Source of the DNA: an uncultured Candidatus Binatia bacterium
GTDB lineage: Bacteria > Desulfobacterota > Binatia > UBA9968 > CAXXLF01
NCBI GenBank assembly: GCA_965218425.1
Contig: OZ244621.1
Span: 3,008,001-3,072,000 of the forward strand
Direction: 5' to 3'
Length of the DNA stretch: 64,000 bases
The translations under genes were made by a program, and so were the position numbers. Below are positions 49,933-59,253 of this stretch, piece after piece. Positions within the stretch are counted from its first letter, which is position 1. The number at the start of each line of letters is the position of its first letter. Under the pieces are notes generated by a model. The model worked only from the letters and a program-made list of their open reading frames with translations. It ran no database searches and was not told where the DNA came from.

Positions 49933-50800
49933 TGCTTGTCCTCTCCCTGGAAACACGGCAAAGCCCATCAGCCACCAGCGCCTTTATGACCTGGCGTTTG
50001 TATTCCACCGAACCCCAAAGGTCCTCCACTGGATCGCAGAGGCCTGCCGCCTCTTGCGCCACTTCGGCCGACTCTGCGGCAATTTCTCTCGCCGTTTTCC
50101 CTTTCAACCTGTCTTCCACCGCAGCAACCCGAAAAGGCTTGGAACCCACGCAGCCCAAAGCAAGTCGAGTATCCGATGCCACCCCGTCGCTCCAGCCCAG
50201 GGCGAGGGCGGCGTTGGCCATGGGGCGCTCCGCCGGACAGAACCTCAGGTACGCGGCGCGGAAATTCGCAGGAAGCTTGTTCACTTCAATGGAGGTCACC
50301 ACCTCGTCTTCCGCGAGGGCGGTGCGGTAGTCATCGATGAAAAAGTCCGCAAGGTCAAGGGGCCTCTCCCCCCTCGTGCTCCGCGTGTTTACTCTTGCCC
50401 CATGTGCAAGGAGCAATGTGCCGGGGTCGGCATGGGGCTCGGCAAAGCAAAGGTTGCCAATCAAGGTGCCCACATTACGGACCCTCACGTTGGCCAGGGT
50501 CTGTTCCATCTCCACAAGGAGCGGAAAATGATCTCTCACCACCGGGGACTGCTCGATCCAACGGTGGGTTACCAGGGCCCCGATACGCAGAACCTGATCT
50601 TCCGAATCGAATTCGACGTCGTCTAGCCCCGCGACTTTCTTTAAATTTATGACGTGGGGCGACCTCACCAGGCCCAGTTTTAATAGCAGGATCAGCTCGC
50701 TTCCTCCTGCCAGGAGCTTCGCATCGCCGCCGTAACGACCCAGAAGGGAAGCAGCCTCTTCAATGGAACCTGGTTGGTGAAGGACAAAAGGTGAAATCAT
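49925..50800 (-). CDS. FAD-binding medium subunit (CoxM-like)
   Basis: AGGSEL, RIGALVT, ANVRVRNVGTLIGNL. Confidence 0.92.
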   Translation of the reverse strand: MISPFVLHQPGSIEEAASLLGRYGGDAKLLAGGSELILLLKLGLVRSPHVINLKKVAGLDDVEFDSEDQVLRIGALVTHRWIEQSPVVRDHFPLLVEMEQTLANVRVRNVGTLIGNLCFAEPHADPGTLLLAHGARVNTRSTRGERPLDLADFFIDDYRTALAEDEVVTSIEVNKLPANFRAAYLRFCPAERPMANAALALGWSDGVASDTRLALGCVGSKPFRVAAVEDRLKGKTAREIAAESAEVAQEAAGLCDPVEDLWGSVEYKRQVIKALVADGLCRVSRERTSNG

Positions 50801-50920
50801 AAAGGCACTCCACTGAATAACTTACATGGAATTATTCGTGCAGATGGAGCCTATCACGGGGAAAGGGGATAAAGTCAAGGGGTTCTAGCGCCGGTTCATT
50901 AGTGCACATTCTATGCTCCT

Positions 50921-51035
50921 GCATTTTGGGGCTTGGGAGACGGCTCCCCTCGATCTTCCTCGCGGTTGCGAGCAACTTTCTTCGGTGCAAGCCCCCTTCG
51001 CCCCAAAACCGCAATGGACCAGGGGAGCTAGGCAG
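50921..51035 (+). repeat. Structured intergenic element related to the 5' half of 2775-2990
   Basis: TTCGGTGCAAGCCCC..CCCAAAACCG..GGGGAGC resembles 2790-2837. Stems GCTCCCCT/AGGGGAGC and TTTTGGGGC/GCCCCAAAA. Confidence 0.6.
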
Positions 51036-51170
51036 GTCGCCTCAGGTCACAGCAGTGCCAGTGAACTTGACTTTAAACCTCCCCATGGAATATGTGAGAA
51101 GGGGATTGGCAGGTTTTTATTACCAGTAAAGATAAAAATTAGATGTAAACTACTTACAAGGAGCACGCCG

Positions 51171-52295
51171 GTGAGAAAAACAGCAGAGACAACCTACGAG
51201 AAATGGATGAAGAAAGAGGGGATCCCCATCATTGAGGATTATGGATTGCGAAACCTGCGGGAATTGGAACGTCGGCCATGGTCGCGCACGGGCGGTTTGG
51301 GTGCCTTTGTTGAACTCAAAGGCATGGAAGGTTTTACCGGCACATACATAGGCGAGATTCCGGGCGGCCAAGCCCTCAAACCGGAACGTCACATGTATGA
51401 GGAAGTGATCTATATCCTCGAGGGGTTGGGCCTCACCGAGGTCTGGGCATCGAGTTCGGGGAATGAAAAGGTCCGATTTGAATGGGGACCAGGGAGTATG
51501 TTTGCCATACCTCTCAACGCCCGGCATCGCCTTTATAATGGTGCCCGGGACCCTGTGGTCTTTTTGGCAGTGACGAGTGCCCCGGTTATGATGGACCTGC
51601 TGCATAACGAGGATTTTATTTTTAACTGCGATTACTGGTTTGCCGATCGCTTTAACGGTAGCGCCGATTATTTTAAGACCAGCAACAATCGATACCGAAG
51701 CGAAAGTGGAAGCGAAGTCTGGGAAACCAACTTCATCGCAAACGTTAACGGTGCCTTGACCGATCATAAACGTCATCACAAGGCCGTGGGCGGCGGCACC
51801 ACCCTGTTTCAGATTGCCGAAAACGCCCTCGTAGGCCACATCGCGGAGTGGCCCACAGGCAGTTACCATAAAGCACACTGGCATGGCGGCGGAGCCGTTC
51901 TGTTCCCCATCAGTTCCGAAGGGTACGTTTTACTGTGGCCTAGGGAAGCTGGTACCCGCCCCTATCAACAAGGAAATGGAGACAAGGTGGTCAAGGTGTA
52001 TTGGCAAGAAGGGGGCATGTACAGCCCGCCCACCGGGTGGTTTCATCAGCATTTCAATACCGGTGGGGAGCAGGCAAAACACGTGGCGTTTCGTTATTCG
52101 GAAAACAATCACAAATACGCCTTTGGCATCTTCAAGGCCTCCGTGCTCGGGGGTGTCAATGTGAGCATCCGAGATGGCGGGAATCTTATTGAGTATGAGG
52201 ATGAGGACCCCAAGATCAGGCGGGATTATGAGGAGGAGCTCGCAGAAAAGGGAATTAAATGCGAGATGCCTCCGGTGGACTATCGATTGGATTAA
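51171..52295 (+). CDS. Bicupin, gentisate 1,2-dioxygenase-like (paralog of 43164)
   Basis: PERHMYEE, YHKAHWHG, WFHQHFN. GTG 51171 follows an AAGGAG RBS. Confidence 0.82.
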   Translation: MRKTAETTYEKWMKKEGIPIIEDYGLRNLRELERRPWSRTGGLGAFVELKGMEGFTGTYIGEIPGGQALKPERHMYEEVIYILEGLGLTEVWASSSGNEKVRFEWGPGSMFAIPLNARHRLYNGARDPVVFLAVTSAPVMMDLLHNEDFIFNCDYWFADRFNGSADYFKTSNNRYRSESGSEVWETNFIANVNGALTDHKRHHKAVGGGTTLFQIAENALVGHIAEWPTGSYHKAHWHGGGAVLFPISSEGYVLLWPREAGTRPYQQGNGDKVVKVYWQEGGMYSPPTGWFHQHFNTGGEQAKHVAFRYSENNHKYAFGIFKASVLGGVNVSIRDGGNLIEYEDEDPKIRRDYEEELAEKGIKCEMPPVDYRLD

Positions 52296-52336
52296 GTGGG
52301 GCCATGTTGTAAGGTGCCGCACAGGAGAATCGTAGG

Positions 52337-53683
52337 ATGAAAAAAACCAGAAAAAGTGTCCAGCCCAGGAAGAAGCCATCCCAATCGGGAAACGGTTTCT
52401 TGAACAAGCTGGTGCAGGTGGATAAGGGGGTCATAAGCTCGCGGATCTTTAATGACCCCGAGATCAATCGACTGGAGATGGAGCGGATCTTTACCCGAAG
52501 TTGGCTTTATGTTGCCCATGAGTCGGAAATACCCAAGGCCGGGGATTTCGTAACCCGTTATATGGGGGAGGATCCCGTAATTGTGTGGCGGGGGCAGGAC
52601 GGCAAGGTGAGAGTGTTTTTAAATGTCTGTCGCCACCGTGGGATGAGAGTGTGTGGTCAGGATATGGGTAAAGCCTCTCAATTTCGATGTTCCTACCATG
52701 GCTGGACGTACAGCAATCTGGGGGAGCTGATTTCTGTCCCGTTTTACGAAGGATACCATGGGGCGTTGGACATGAGCAGTCTGGGCCTCTGTCGGGCTCC
52801 AAGGGTGGAAAGCTACCATGGGCTTGTATTTGCCCACTGGGAACCAAAAGGGCAATCCCTGGACGATTACCTGGGCGAGATGAAGTGGGTGTTGGATATC
52901 CTATTCGGGCGTTCCGCGGAAATGGAAGTGGTGGGGGCCCCCATGAGGTGGGAAGCGGATGCCAATTGGAAGTTGGGAGCCGCGAACTTCTCTGGAGACG
53001 GCGTGCATCTCTTTACCACCCACGGATTCAGGTCGGCTCTGGGTTTAGAAGATAAGATGCAGGGTGAGCGTAAGAGTTTTCGCATGATCACTGAAAACGG
53101 ACATGCCTCCTCCCTCACAGGGTTTACGGGTAATTTTGCCATGGGATTACCGGAAGAATTACGGCCAGAAATGGAACGCCACCTCACCGCACAACAGTTG
53201 AAGTTTCTCGACCCTCTGCTCATTGCTGTGGGCAACGTTTTTCCGAACATGAGTTTTCTTAACAGCGGGCAACACACTTCCGCAGAGTGGGGAGGTGGCG
53301 ACGCCGGGAAGGATGTGGTTTCTTTTCTTACCCTGCGCCTATGGCAACCAAAAGGGGCGGACAAGATGGAAATTTGGTCCTGGTGTTTCGTGGACAAGAA
53401 CACCTCGGATGAATGGAAGCGGGCATCCAAGGAATCCTATCTTCGTGTGTTTGGCGCAGGGGGGATGTTTGAACAGGATGACATGGAGAATTGGGGCGAA
53501 ATCACCCAGGGCCTGCGGGGCCCCATAGCAAAGCGACTCATGCTGCAATACAAAATGGGAGTGGGTGTACCGCGTAAAGATCGTCCCATCAAGGGCCTCA
53601 AAGATATGATGGTGGGCGGCTTGAGTGAGGACAGCGAGCGTTCGTTTTACCGCAATTGGCACAAGCTCATGATGCAGGAATAG
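52337..53683 (+). CDS. Aromatic ring-hydroxylating dioxygenase alpha subunit (BphA/HcaE/NahAc type)
   Basis: CRHRG...CSYHGW, NWK..NFSGDGVH..TH, NVFPN, EQDDMENW. Confidence 0.93.
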   Translation: MKKTRKSVQPRKKPSQSGNGFLNKLVQVDKGVISSRIFNDPEINRLEMERIFTRSWLYVAHESEIPKAGDFVTRYMGEDPVIVWRGQDGKVRVFLNVCRHRGMRVCGQDMGKASQFRCSYHGWTYSNLGELISVPFYEGYHGALDMSSLGLCRAPRVESYHGLVFAHWEPKGQSLDDYLGEMKWVLDILFGRSAEMEVVGAPMRWEADANWKLGAANFSGDGVHLFTTHGFRSALGLEDKMQGERKSFRMITENGHASSLTGFTGNFAMGLPEELRPEMERHLTAQQLKFLDPLLIAVGNVFPNMSFLNSGQHTSAEWGGGDAGKDVVSFLTLRLWQPKGADKMEIWSWCFVDKNTSDEWKRASKESYLRVFGAGGMFEQDDMENWGEITQGLRGPIAKRLMLQYKMGVGVPRKDRPIKGLKDMMVGGLSEDSERSFYRNWHKLMMQE

Positions 53684-53687
53684 AAGA

Positions 53688-54218
53688 ATGGAGATGGGTG
53701 GCAACGGGAGGAACCTGAGCCCCGCTGATCCCTGTTACGCGGAGATCGTCGAATTCCTCCATCGGGAGGCGGAGCTCTTGGATCACGGGCGATTTTCGGA
53801 TTGGTTGGGGATGCTCGCCGGGGATGTGAGGTATCGCATGCCGGTACGTTCGAACCTGGCGCCAGCACGGTCGGATTATAGGGAAAAAACGGAAATCTTC
53901 TCTGAGAATATGGCCTCACTGCAGGTCCGGGTGAAGCGGTTGAGTACGGACTATGCCTGGGCCGAAAGCCCCCGGTCTCGGACCCGCCATCTCGTTACCA
54001 ATGTGCGCGTACGGGTGACGGAAAACCCACAGGAAGTGGAAGTGTCGAGCTATATCCTTGTTTATCGCAACCGGTCGAACTCGTCGAGCCAGGACCTGCT
54101 ATCCGGGGAAAGACAAGATAGGATGCGCCGGGTTGATGGGAAATGGCGCTTGGCTTCAAGGACGGTTTTATTGGATCAGGTGGTGGTTGGGTCGAGGAAC
54201 CTTAGTATTTTCTTCTAA
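53688..54218 (+). CDS. Ring-hydroxylating dioxygenase beta subunit
   Basis: FLHREAELLD, YRMP, WAESPRSRTRH, R.D, NLSIFF. Confidence 0.93.
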   Translation: MEMGGNGRNLSPADPCYAEIVEFLHREAELLDHGRFSDWLGMLAGDVRYRMPVRSNLAPARSDYREKTEIFSENMASLQVRVKRLSTDYAWAESPRSRTRHLVTNVRVRVTENPQEVEVSSYILVYRNRSNSSSQDLLSGERQDRMRRVDGKWRLASRTVLLDQVVVGSRNLSIFF

Positions 54219-54223
54219 CGTCA

Positions 54224-54994
54224 ATGGAGCCTAACCAAAGAATAAGCTTTCCAACCTTTAGTTCATTTAGGGACTGGTTTCATGAGAAAACGAAGAACCA
54301 TCCGTTTAAAACTGGCAGGAACCGGGGCCCATTCCATGAGGATTTCGCTCGAGGGAAAGTGCCCATGGATTTTCTGAAGGAGTACGCGAAGCAGTACTAC
54401 ATCTTTATCCAACTGACCAATACGAATGTGACCTGGACCCTGGTGAACTACCTCGACCTGTGGCGGCGCAATCCTGACCTCTACGATATCGTGGCCGCGA
54501 AGATCGGGTCCGAGCTGGCGGACCCCAGACCCGGGGGGCATGGTCGAACCTACATCAAATTTGCCCGTTACCTCGGGCTAAAGGATGAAGATCTCCATTA
54601 TTCCAGGCCCATCCCAGAGCTGGAAGCCCGCTGTAATACCGCGCTCGTGTATCGGTCCCAGACTCCGGCCCAGACGGCGGTCAGGTGGATGCTAGAAGGC
54701 TTTGTGGGTTATTACATGAAGTCCTATCGCGAGATACTGCATGAAAAATATGGTGTTCCAGACGAGATGCTCGAGTATTTCGACATCCATGTGCTGGCGG
54801 ATCTTGAAGAACATGGCCCTGAAGGCGAGTTGTTGCTGGCGAGGCTCTACAAGCTAGGTTTGGTCAATGAGGAGGACTATGAAGGGATGCGGGTACAGGT
54901 GGAACGAGCGGCTGGAGGCCCCCAACCTGGTAGCCAATACTTCTCATGGCCAGATGTACTCTATGACCGCTACCGGAGCCAACATCCCCTGTAG
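54224..54994 (+). CDS. Heme-oxygenase-like diiron redox enzyme (closest paralog of 40669)
   Basis: EYAKQYY, SELADPRPGGH, EGFVG, YFDIHVLADLEEH. Begins 5 nt after the beta subunit stop. Confidence 0.8.
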   Translation: MEPNQRISFPTFSSFRDWFHEKTKNHPFKTGRNRGPFHEDFARGKVPMDFLKEYAKQYYIFIQLTNTNVTWTLVNYLDLWRRNPDLYDIVAAKIGSELADPRPGGHGRTYIKFARYLGLKDEDLHYSRPIPELEARCNTALVYRSQTPAQTAVRWMLEGFVGYYMKSYREILHEKYGVPDEMLEYFDIHVLADLEEHGPEGELLLARLYKLGLVNEEDYEGMRVQVERAAGGPQPGSQYFSWPDVLYDRYRSQHPL

Positions 54995-55167
54995 GGGTTG
55001 AGGTGACTGGGTCCAAGATGGCCTTGCCGTCATTAAAAAAATGGTAGTCATGTGTCCCATCAACCGGTTTCTGAACAAAAAACGACCAAAGGGTTTGACG
55101 GTTTACAAAAGCAGTTTGAGTCCCACGGCAATTTTATGCTATTGATCCGCAGTCCTATGGGGTCTAT

Positions 55168-56418
55168 GTGAGTAACGACGCGTCGGCAGCATCTCGAAAC
55201 CAAGTGAGAAGACCGCTACTGGCGGGAACTCGAGTCCTCGATTTCACTCATGTGCTGGCAGGTCCGTTCTGTACGCGATTGCTAGCCGATTTGGGTAGCG
55301 ACGTGCTCAAGGTGGAGTCTGCCACCAGGCCGGAGCGCATGGGCTCCAGAAAAGCGGCATCGAACGCCGCACCCAGGAGTCGACAGGACCGAGCACCTTC
55401 CTTCCTCAATACCAATCGAAGCAAACGATCCATCACCATCAATCTTAAAACCGATGCCGGTCGCGATTTGGCGAAGCAACTCGCCGGCGTGGCCGACGTT
55501 GTGGTGGAGAACTTCAGCGCCGGAGTCATGGACCGCCTGCGGCTTGGGTACGGGCACCTGCAGCCGCTCAATCCCAAGTTGATTTACGTAAGCATGTCGG
55601 GGTATGGCCACGACGGGCCGCGCAAGGCCTGGACCAGCATGAATATGAACCTTCAGGCCTACACCGGTTTAATGATGGTGACCGGCGCAGAGGAGGACCC
55701 TCCAACGGCCATCGCCAATTCCTGGAATGACTACATCGGAGGGTTGCATGCCTGCTTCGGTATCCTTCAGACCTTGACGGAACGAACAAAGACGGGCCGG
55801 GGCGCCAAAATAGATCTAAGCCAGTTTGAGTGTAGCGTCTCCACCTTTGGGCCATTATTGTTGAGTAGTATTGTAAACCAAACCGTGCCTCCGCGATTTG
55901 GCAACCGTTCGCTGGTGGCGGCTCCCCAGGGGGTTTACCGTTGCACAGGTTCCGACGAGTGGTGCGCCATTAGCATCCAAAATGACGACCAGTGGCGCGC
56001 GTTCATCGCCGCCGTGGGAAACCCTTCCTGGGCTAGGGAGGATCGGTTTGCGACGTTGCAGGGAAGGCTCGGCCATCATGATGATCTCGATAATCTGGTC
56101 GAGAGCTGGACTAGCCGGTTGTCGAATATTGAAGTAGAACGATGCCTCAAGGAGGCCGGGGTTCCGGCAGAGCGCATGCGGCGGATTCCAGAGGTACTGA
56201 ATGGTCCGGACCGGGCCCAGGTATTTCACCCTTGGGATGATCCCCAGGGCGGTTCGGAACTCACCACCGGAGACCCGTTTTCCTTCAGTATGAGCCTCTT
56301 GTCTCCCTTACGTCCGGCCCCGATGCTGGGTGAGCACACAAAGGAAGCGTTGAGCGAGTGGCTCGGCCTCTCGGAGAATGATATCAGGGAGTTGAAGGAC
56401 CAAGGGGCCTTAACTTAA
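55168..56418 (+). CDS. Family III (CaiB/BaiF) CoA-transferase, catalytic type
   Basis: VLAGP, LADLG, NRSKRS, ENF, SGYG..GP, WNDYIGG (catalytic Asp). Confidence 0.9.
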   Translation: MSNDASAASRNQVRRPLLAGTRVLDFTHVLAGPFCTRLLADLGSDVLKVESATRPERMGSRKAASNAAPRSRQDRAPSFLNTNRSKRSITINLKTDAGRDLAKQLAGVADVVVENFSAGVMDRLRLGYGHLQPLNPKLIYVSMSGYGHDGPRKAWTSMNMNLQAYTGLMMVTGAEEDPPTAIANSWNDYIGGLHACFGILQTLTERTKTGRGAKIDLSQFECSVSTFGPLLLSSIVNQTVPPRFGNRSLVAAPQGVYRCTGSDEWCAISIQNDDQWRAFIAAVGNPSWAREDRFATLQGRLGHHDDLDNLVESWTSRLSNIEVERCLKEAGVPAERMRRIPEVLNGPDRAQVFHPWDDPQGGSELTTGDPFSFSMSLLSPLRPAPMLGEHTKEALSEWLGLSENDIRELKDQGALT

Positions 56419-56456
56419 AGCGGTTTTAGTTTTCCCTCGGGAGGAAATTCCAATTC

Positions 56457-57581
56457 ATGGCTCGCATTATTGACTTGACCGCTCATCCAGGTGTCTATGC
56501 TACCCGTCTCCTGGCTGAAACCGGGAATGAAGTGATTCGGGTGGAATCCGCCTCCGGCGACGACCTAAGAAAGTTGGGCCCCTACCTCGGCCAGAAGCCG
56601 GATCTGGAAAAGGGTGCCTACCATCAGTTTTTCAATGCCGGCAAGAAGAGTTTTAAACTCAACCTGGAATCCCCTACCGCCAGGAATGTACTTCTCAATC
56701 TCATCGGTACCGCGGATGCCGTGGTGGCCAGTACCCCGCTATCGTTCGACGAAAACCAGCTGTTGGAAGGGAATCCAAGGCTGGTTCTTGTCAAAGTCAT
56801 TGAGGACGAGCCTGAGCTTTGCGCTGTGGCCCGGTCGGGCCTGTTGACTCTCACCGGTCACCCGGGGCAACGGCCGGTCTTGCTGGGCGGCCATGTGGTT
56901 TATGCGGCTACCGGGCTTTATGTGGCTGTAGCCACGGCTGGGGCATTGTTCGCCTTGCAGTTAACGGGTCAAGGGCAGCTGGTGGAGGTTTCCATCAGGC
57001 AGTGTTTGGAGTCCCTGGCGGAGCAATCCATGGTGGACTACACAAGCTTGGGACAAGTGACCGAGCGCTGTGGCTATAGGGGGGCCATTACCGCGGTCTC
57101 CGGGGCGTTTCCCTGTAGTGACGGTTACTGGATGGTCAGTGTGCCCCATTCGCGGGAGGGGTGGGGAAAGTTCGTCGATTGGGTTCGAGACCCGGTGCTA
57201 TCCGCTGACCCATCCTTGGCCGATGAGGCGGAGCGCGACGCGAAGAAGGATTTGGTGGTTGAGCGATTGGGCATGTGGTCAAAGCGCTTCTCCAAGATCG
57301 ACATCGTAACCGAGGCACAGAAACGCCATGTGCCTGCATCTCCCGTGTCTACACCGCTGGATCTGGTCAATGACCCCCAGCTTACTGCTCGTGGGTTTCT
57401 CTGTGAAACGGATCACCCGGAATTCGGTCGCATTCTGTTTCCCCAGGGGGCCATTGGAAGCCTGAAGGGAATGCGCATTGGCCCCGCGCCATCGTTGGGT
57501 CAGCACAATGCTGAGATCCTGGTTCAACTGGGGTATACGGATTCTCAACGTCAAGAGCTCCTAAGCTCTGGAGCCATGTGA
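56457..57581 (+). CDS. Family III CoA-transferase, second subunit lacking the catalytic Asp (BbsE-like)
   Basis: RLLAE.G, GDDLR, NAGKKS, FPCSDG, APSLGQHN. GHVVYAATG at the Asp position. Confidence 0.85.
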   Translation: MARIIDLTAHPGVYATRLLAETGNEVIRVESASGDDLRKLGPYLGQKPDLEKGAYHQFFNAGKKSFKLNLESPTARNVLLNLIGTADAVVASTPLSFDENQLLEGNPRLVLVKVIEDEPELCAVARSGLLTLTGHPGQRPVLLGGHVVYAATGLYVAVATAGALFALQLTGQGQLVEVSIRQCLESLAEQSMVDYTSLGQVTERCGYRGAITAVSGAFPCSDGYWMVSVPHSREGWGKFVDWVRDPVLSADPSLADEAERDAKKDLVVERLGMWSKRFSKIDIVTEAQKRHVPASPVSTPLDLVNDPQLTARGFLCETDHPEFGRILFPQGAIGSLKGMRIGPAPSLGQHNAEILVQLGYTDSQRQELLSSGAM

Positions 57582-57663
57582 GACCGGTGGTGAAACCTCG
57601 CCAGCAAATCCAATCCCCGGGATCCTCTTTACTAATTCCCTCGGATACGGCGCGGAGTTGAGC

Positions 57664-58824
57664 ATGGCAAATATCCGAGGCCGATATGCCATTGTGGGCA
57701 TCGGGGAGACCCAGGTGGGAAGACGATCCGATAAGTCGGGTACGGCTCTAGGCCTCGAGGCTGCTGCTGCGGCCATTGGAGACTCAGGCTTAGACAAACA
57801 TCGAATCGACGGCGTTATCACCCATCAGGCTCGGAGCAATCCGCAGCCAAACTGTTCGGCCTTTTTGGCCGAACGTTTGGGTATCACTCCCGCCTATATC
57901 AACGATATCAGTCTAGGCGGCTCCGCTGCAGTTTCCATGGTGTTGAACGCCGTGTCCGCTATCGAGGCGGGATTGTGTTCCACCGTTCTGTGTGCTTCGG
58001 CGGGTGGCGAACAGCCCTTGGGCCGGCACGGACGTAAACACGGTCATCTGGCGTCGGGGTGGGAAGACTTTATGTTTCCCTTTGGCGCGGTGGGTGCCCC
58101 CATTGACTATGCCCTGGGCGCCCGTCGCCATATGCATGAGTACGGTACCACCTCGCGACAATTCGGGGCCATTGCAGTGGCCTGCCGCAAGCATGCGTCG
58201 CTTAATCCCAACGCACAGATGCGAACCCCTATCACCCTTGAAGACCATCAGAAATCGAGGATGATTGCCGCCCCGTTTCGCCTGTTGGACTGCTCCCTGG
58301 TTTCCGTGGGGGAGGGCGCGGTCATCGTGACAGGCGCAGAGCGGGCCAAGGACTTTCCCCATCCGCCGGCCTATGTGTTGGGCATGGGCTATTCCTGTCG
58401 ATTTGGCAGCATCGCCTATGCCGACAACCTCACCACGGTTGCTGGCAAGGAGGCCTCCGCCCAGGCCTTCCAGATGGCGGGGCTCACTCCGAAGGATGTG
58501 GATGTGGTGGAGCTATACGACTGCTTCACGTATACCGTCTTGGTGACTCTCGAGGACTACGGGTTTTGCAAAAAGGGTGAAGGGGGAGGCTTTGTAGAAA
58601 ATGGGAGAATCGAATTGGGCGGCGAGTTGCCGGTAAACACCCACGGTGGTTTGCTGTCACAAGCCCATGTGGGCGGTATCCTCCACGTGACTGAAGCGGT
58701 CACCCAGCTCCGCCACGATGCCGGGGGACGCCAGGTGAAAGATGCGAAAGTGGCCGCCGTGAGCGGTCAGTGTGGGCAGCTGGGTATTCATACCACTCTT
58801 TTACTCGCTGCTAGTCCCAACTGA
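57664..58824 (+). CDS. Thiolase-fold protein (SCP2-thiolase/Ltp2/BbsB-like)
   Basis: AIVGIG, P..YA..A.RHM, NPNAQ, LLDCS, ELYDCFT, NTHGGLLS. No Cys at the usual nucleophile position. Confidence 0.88.
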   Translation: MANIRGRYAIVGIGETQVGRRSDKSGTALGLEAAAAAIGDSGLDKHRIDGVITHQARSNPQPNCSAFLAERLGITPAYINDISLGGSAAVSMVLNAVSAIEAGLCSTVLCASAGGEQPLGRHGRKHGHLASGWEDFMFPFGAVGAPIDYALGARRHMHEYGTTSRQFGAIAVACRKHASLNPNAQMRTPITLEDHQKSRMIAAPFRLLDCSLVSVGEGAVIVTGAERAKDFPHPPAYVLGMGYSCRFGSIAYADNLTTVAGKEASAQAFQMAGLTPKDVDVVELYDCFTYTVLVTLEDYGFCKKGEGGGFVENGRIELGGELPVNTHGGLLSQAHVGGILHVTEAVTQLRHDAGGRQVKDAKVAAVSGQCGQLGIHTTLLLAASPN

Positions 58825-58838
58825 ACAAAGTCCCTGCC

Positions 58839-59252
58839 GTGATGGAAAAGACGACCCAGCCACTTCCGATTCCCAACCCGGACACTGAGCCGTTCTGGCA
58901 GGGTTGTGGCCGGAGCCAACTGTTGCTTCAGCGCTGCTCGTCGTGCCATTCCCTTCGGCATCCCCCCAGCCCCATATGTGGTTCCTGTCTTTCGCCGGAC
59001 AACGAGTGGGTGCCGGCCAGTGGTGATGGGACCGTATACAGCTTTGTCATTGTGCGGGAGTCATTGCGCGGGTGGAAATTTACAGTCCCGTACGTTGTGG
59101 CAATTATCGAATTGGCGGAGGGTCCCCATATGCTGAGCAACGTAACGGGGATTTCCCCTGAGCAGGTCCAGATTGGACTGCGGGTCGGAGTGTTTTTCGA
59201 GCGAGTGAATGAAGAAATTACCTTGCCGAAGTTTAAGCCGTTGGAGGTTTGA
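58839..59252 (+). CDS. DUF35 Zn-ribbon/OB-fold protein (ChsH2/BbsA-like)
   Basis: PFW, CSSC..PP..CGSC, G.VYS, PY.VA.IEL.EG. Confidence 0.9.
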   Translation: MMEKTTQPLPIPNPDTEPFWQGCGRSQLLLQRCSSCHSLRHPPSPICGSCLSPDNEWVPASGDGTVYSFVIVRESLRGWKFTVPYVVAIIELAEGPHMLSNVTGISPEQVQIGLRVGVFFERVNEEITLPKFKPLEV

Positions 59253-59253
59253 G

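Noticed and set aside
47135..50800. Aerobic CO dehydrogenase (coxMSL)
   Set aside because: The active-site loop is AFRGFG, not the form I AYxCSFR, and there are no cox accessory genes.
50913..51170. N-terminal extensions given by the ORF track (also 31414-31536, 49451-49642, 41504-41563)
   Set aside because: Paralog alignment and RBS positions support the downstream starts. The extensions overlap other genes, repeat DNA or intergenic sequence.
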